NCBI RefSeq assembly: GCF_963506605.1
Contig: NC_083276.1
Span: forward strand, 18,600,001-18,664,000
Length of the DNA: 64,000 bases
DNA from: Zootoca vivipara
Lineage: Eukaryota
Direction: 5' to 3'
Positions 60,061 to 64,000 of the stretch are shown one piece after another. Both the position numbers and the translations under genes were made by a program. Below the pieces are notes generated by a model. That model did not search any database. It had not been told where the DNA came from and saw only the letters and a program-made list of their open reading frames with translations. Numbering within the stretch: the stretch's first letter is position 1; the number at the start of each line of letters is the position of its first letter.

Positions 60061-60963
60061 CTGAAATAAACAATAAGTGTCTGTCTAAGGAGATTGAATT
60101 ATAACTACAAACACATTCTAAAGCGATTCACCTAGAAAATTCACACAATTCTATGCTACCACTCAGCCATGGCCGCTGTGCAGAATCTGATTTCAAGCGT
60201 TTACTCGGAGTAGGGCTTACGTTGAATATCGCCCTTCGTCATGAAAAAGCCATCCTAGCATTTCAGTAAGAAAGCACTACAAACAACCCTGCAATTTTGC
60301 TTTGGAAGGAGGCGTTTACAAAATATACTAGTCTTGCTCAGGAGGGCTTATTTAAATGAAAATAGACTTGAGCCCAATGACTTACAGTTTCAAAGTTCAA
60401 TTCACTCAGGAGTTTTTAAACTTCCCAGAAATTATGTCACGTTTCCCAGTGTTTTAGACATAAAGTGCTTGTTTTGTCTGCAGGCACAAATACACACATC
60501 TCTCAAGCAAGCAAAAATTGTCATGATCTGAAAGCCAGACATGTTTCATGTGTGCTGCATGCTATGACTGAAGAATCTGGATCCCTCTGGCATCCCACTG
60601 GCAACTCAGATCCCATTGGTGGTCTATGTGTGAACGCTAAACGATCTTAATAGCTGTGAATTTTGCCCCCCTGCATTAAAAAGAAAAAATATTTCCTTGC
60701 AAGCCAATCCTTTCAACCTGCAATTTCATGACAACCTTCACTATATTTGCAAAATTCAAAATGTACAAATATGAAGCAAGTTGTTCAAGCGGTCATTTTA
60801 ACTTTGTTTGGAAAATGAGCACCACAAGCTCTCTAAAAACAAGCAGATCCTGGACACTTTTTGTTTCAACAAAAACCCCATTTGAATTCTTTTTTATAAT
60901 TCTTGTAATAAAAAATTTACAAAAGTTTCATTATGGGTTAATATGAAATTTGAATCTTCCTAC

Positions 60964-61022
60964 CTGGTTTATCTTTTTTAGAGAAACACTCACTCATCAA
61001 GTCTGCAATATTATCTGTATAC
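60964..61022 (-). CDS. VRK1: VRK1 internal exon (59 nt)
   Basis: ctgtcag/..CAG/gtagga boundaries. Encodes YTDNIADLMSECFSKKDKP; phases join both neighbouring exons. Confidence 0.93.
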
Positions 61023-61964
61023 CTGACAGGGGGGAAAGCAGACAAGTTATGTTTAAGAGATCAGCTGCTAGTATTTTTGGTGAATTTTCTCCCTTGTGTA
61101 AATAAGTGTGTATCAACACAATGATGAGAGTAAAAATGGGGCAAATCCCTTAAATTTAAAAAATTATACTTTAGTACTGAATAAAACATCTCATTTTCTA
61201 ATATAGTACAATCTCATTTAGTAACATTTGCTCAAAATATTCAGGCAATCAAAACTGGGGATGAATGAAAATATTATTGCATTATATTTTTGATGGATGT
61301 GTTACTATATCATGAAATTCCCAGAGAATCATGCATGTATATCAAATAGGAAAGCCGGGGCCTTTAATTGGCCCAACCTGTGTTGGGAAAGTAGAGAAAG
61401 TCAGAACTTTAAAGCAGAAATAATAGGCAGATTGAAATTACAATGACCAAAGAGGCCGGAAACATTTTCAGAGCTGAGGGCCACATTACCCCAGCGGAAT
61501 GCTGTGAAGAGGCCCCACGCCAGCAGATCTACTTGCAGAGGATGGAGTTGCAACCACACACTTTGCACAACAGCTAAGCCCCTTTCCCTCCCCACAGATG
61601 GTTGAAACAGGACCCAGAGAGCTAGATGAAATCTGGCTGTGGGCTGCAGCTAGCCCACAGGTTCCCCATTCCAGCTATGCAGAGCAGGGAGGGGTGATTC
61701 ACGAAAGCAAGGGCTGCTAGCTAATGAGGAACACCGTGGTAATGATTCAGCATCTAGGTTATTTCAGGGCAGCTTGTCCAAAAACACATCTGAGCACAAC
61801 ATTAAAAAAAAACTATGGTCATGCTAATCATGTCAGGAATCTGTTGCGAACTAAGAGGGATGTGGGATGAGTAGGTAGTATGTACTCATTGTCTAGAAAT
61901 TTTCAGCAGTAACAGATTATACTATGCCCTTGTTTGCAGTTTCTGGCAGTTTCAGATGCAGTTT

Positions 61965-62107
61965 CAGATGTCAAGGAAATAAGCAGCTATCCTAATTTTA
62001 AAAGACATCTGAAGGCAGCCCTGTTTAGGGAAGCTTTTAATATTTAATGCTGTATTGTTTTAATATTCAATTGGGAGCCGCCCAGAGCGGGTATAAATAA
62101 ATAAAGA

Positions 62108-62145
<38 letters not shown>
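61965..62145 (+). mobile_element. L2 3' tail
   Basis: CAGATGTCAAGGAAAT..GAAGGCAGCCCTGTTTAGGGAAG..(TTA)n. Confidence 0.8.
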
Positions 62146-62148
<3 letters not shown>

Positions 62149-62321
62149 AGGCCCCACCAGACTGTTGCGAACAACAACAGTAGCAGTGCACAGGTGGGTG
62201 CATTTAATGGGATTCCTGAGTTTGGATGGTATGTGCAATGAGAATGATGAAAAGTGGATGGTGAGCTACTTGTTCAACAGCTACGCTTTCCATTTGCTGC
62301 ATGTTCAGTATGTTCACCTGT

Positions 62322-62621
62322 CAGGGCTGGCCTGCCCATCAGGCGGTTGCCTCGGCGCAGTAGGCTCCTGTAGGTGGCGGTGCCGCTGTGTGCCTGCTGC
62401 TCACTGCTGCCAGATGTTCGGCACCTCCTCCTGCTCCTTTGCCACTGCAGCCATGCACCACTGTCTGGGCCACGCCCCTGCAGCCTGCCTGCTGCTGCAC
62501 CTCCTTGACCACCACCCAGGGAAGCCTCAGTGTGCTGGCAGAAGCGAGGGACTTTGGAGGAGGGGGGTGATGAGCAGGGGGGGGGATGCTTCAAACAGCA
62601 AAATGTCCTGGGCCAGCCCTG
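62322..62621. mobile_element. Non-autonomous hAT element
   Basis: TIRs CAGGGCTGGCC / GGCCAGCCCTG. Flanks TCACCTGT / TCATCTGT give a 7/8 TSD match. Confidence 0.85.
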
Positions 62622-62880
62622 TCATCTGTTTTCTTTTATGTAAAATGAGGAATACTCAAAATCAATGTGAATAGCTTATCATATTATTTAAATAAGGGCT
62701 TTTCATTCAGTTAGGTGGGTATTGGAAAATAGAGTAATCTCATTCCTTTTGGGTAGTCAAGCCCCAACTATACATCTGACTAATATTTTGAATTTGGGGG
62801 CCTCGCTATCAGCCAAGCTGAAAGATTACTATTTTGAATAAGCCAAATTTGTTTTTGAAAATTAAAAATAAGAGTTTTAC

Positions 62881-63001
62881 CTAATTTTTGAGTCTTTGAC
62901 ATAATTGGGGTCTTTCAGGTTGTCTTCCCAAGGGAGTTTACCACAAAGCCAACAGATCATACAATAACCCAGAATTTCCAAGTCACCACGCCTTGATGGA
63001 G
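62881..63001 (-). CDS. VRK1: VRK1 serine/threonine kinase, internal exon (121 nt)
   Basis: tttgcag/..AG/gtaaaa boundaries. Encodes [40 protein letters not shown], matching the VRK1 kinase C-lobe. Confidence 0.96.
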
Positions 63002-64000
63002 CTGCAAACAAAACAGAGCATTGAATTCACAATTATGTTTTATAGTCAATTTAAAGATATATAGATGATTTATAGATCAAGCTTGGGAACTATAAAAAAA
63101 TCCAAAAGAATCCAAAGGGAGCCATCAATATACTGCAACAGGTTTTTTTCAAAACTGATGGACGGGATCTCTTTGGAGTGTGTGGAACATCGGCAAAGAT
63201 TTGGCATGGTACTATTGGTCACAGGCCTACAGGCGCTCATAGTTCAGGGTCTTCTAAGGGTCATCCAGTGTCATCAGTGAATAGAAAGATGAGGTATGTA
63301 GAGTCCCCAGCTGCTGTTCTGCCTGGCTGGAGATCAAATGGTGCAGGGAGAAGAGGTGTGTAATTGATGAGGTTTCTAAGTGGTGTCAGAGATTACAATG
63401 GCTGGGATCCAAACAGCTACTTTAGTGGTACCCAAGGATTTGCACCTGTCCAGTGGGGTTTCTTTTAGAAGAGAAAACCCCATGCTGTCTCGCAAATTGC
63501 TTTTGAGACTATCCTCAGCAGCATGACAAGAATGGGGAGCCACTCATTGCATTAGCACAAGTCCAAAACCTCATTGGGTTCAACATTTTCAAGATCCTGA
63601 ACCTAGTAAACTTAGAAGACATGTACTCTGAGGCACAGTGACCCATGCCACACTTCCTGATGGGACCCTTTTTAGTTTAAAATTATTATTATTTTTCACC
63701 ATTGGTGTCTAAATTAATTCTTGATATGTAAGCGGGCTACCTTAGACCAGTATTTCAACATGGCCACATTTTCAAGCTCATTACCTTGCACAGCAACCAC
63801 AGGAAAGGTTATGCAAGAAGCAAAGCAGAACTACTTACCCACCCCCTTGTGAGCATCAATACTAGTGAATTCAAGAGTTCCATCATGACACCTCTTGGGA
63901 TTCTCTTTATAATCTTTGTGGTTGCCTTCTGGACAGTATCGATAGGCGAGGCCATAATCCACCAAGTACACCTATTAAGATTCCAAATGCACAAAGATCA

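Overview
This is vertebrate genomic DNA from a squamate reptile. The Sauria SINEs, BovB, L2, CR1 and hAT/Tc1 MITEs point to a lizard, probably lacertid-like (inference). There are five N gaps. The right third carries the 3' half of VRK1 on the minus strand: five canonical coding exons, a poly(A) signal and two extra candidate exons that would change the C-terminal tail. The left two-thirds is repeat-rich intergenic DNA. The main feature is a young, nearly intact ~6.9-kb tyrosine-recombinase retrotransposon of DIRS/Ngaro type at about 19711-26587. It has a Pol II promoter, an ATG-free 1.45-kb leader, one Gag-RT-RNaseH ORF, a recombinase split by a 1-nt shift in a C9 run and an SGNH-hydrolase ORF behind a strong splice acceptor. 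Starting exactly at the hydrolase stop codon is a ~350-nt multi-hairpin RNA domain closed by two long-range stems. The element shows no long terminal or split direct repeats here. It is bounded only by a 7-bp direct repeat (AGATTAA) and short inverted motifs that resemble a recombinase attachment site. All base-pairing, splice-site and TSD calls were made by eye; no searches were run.
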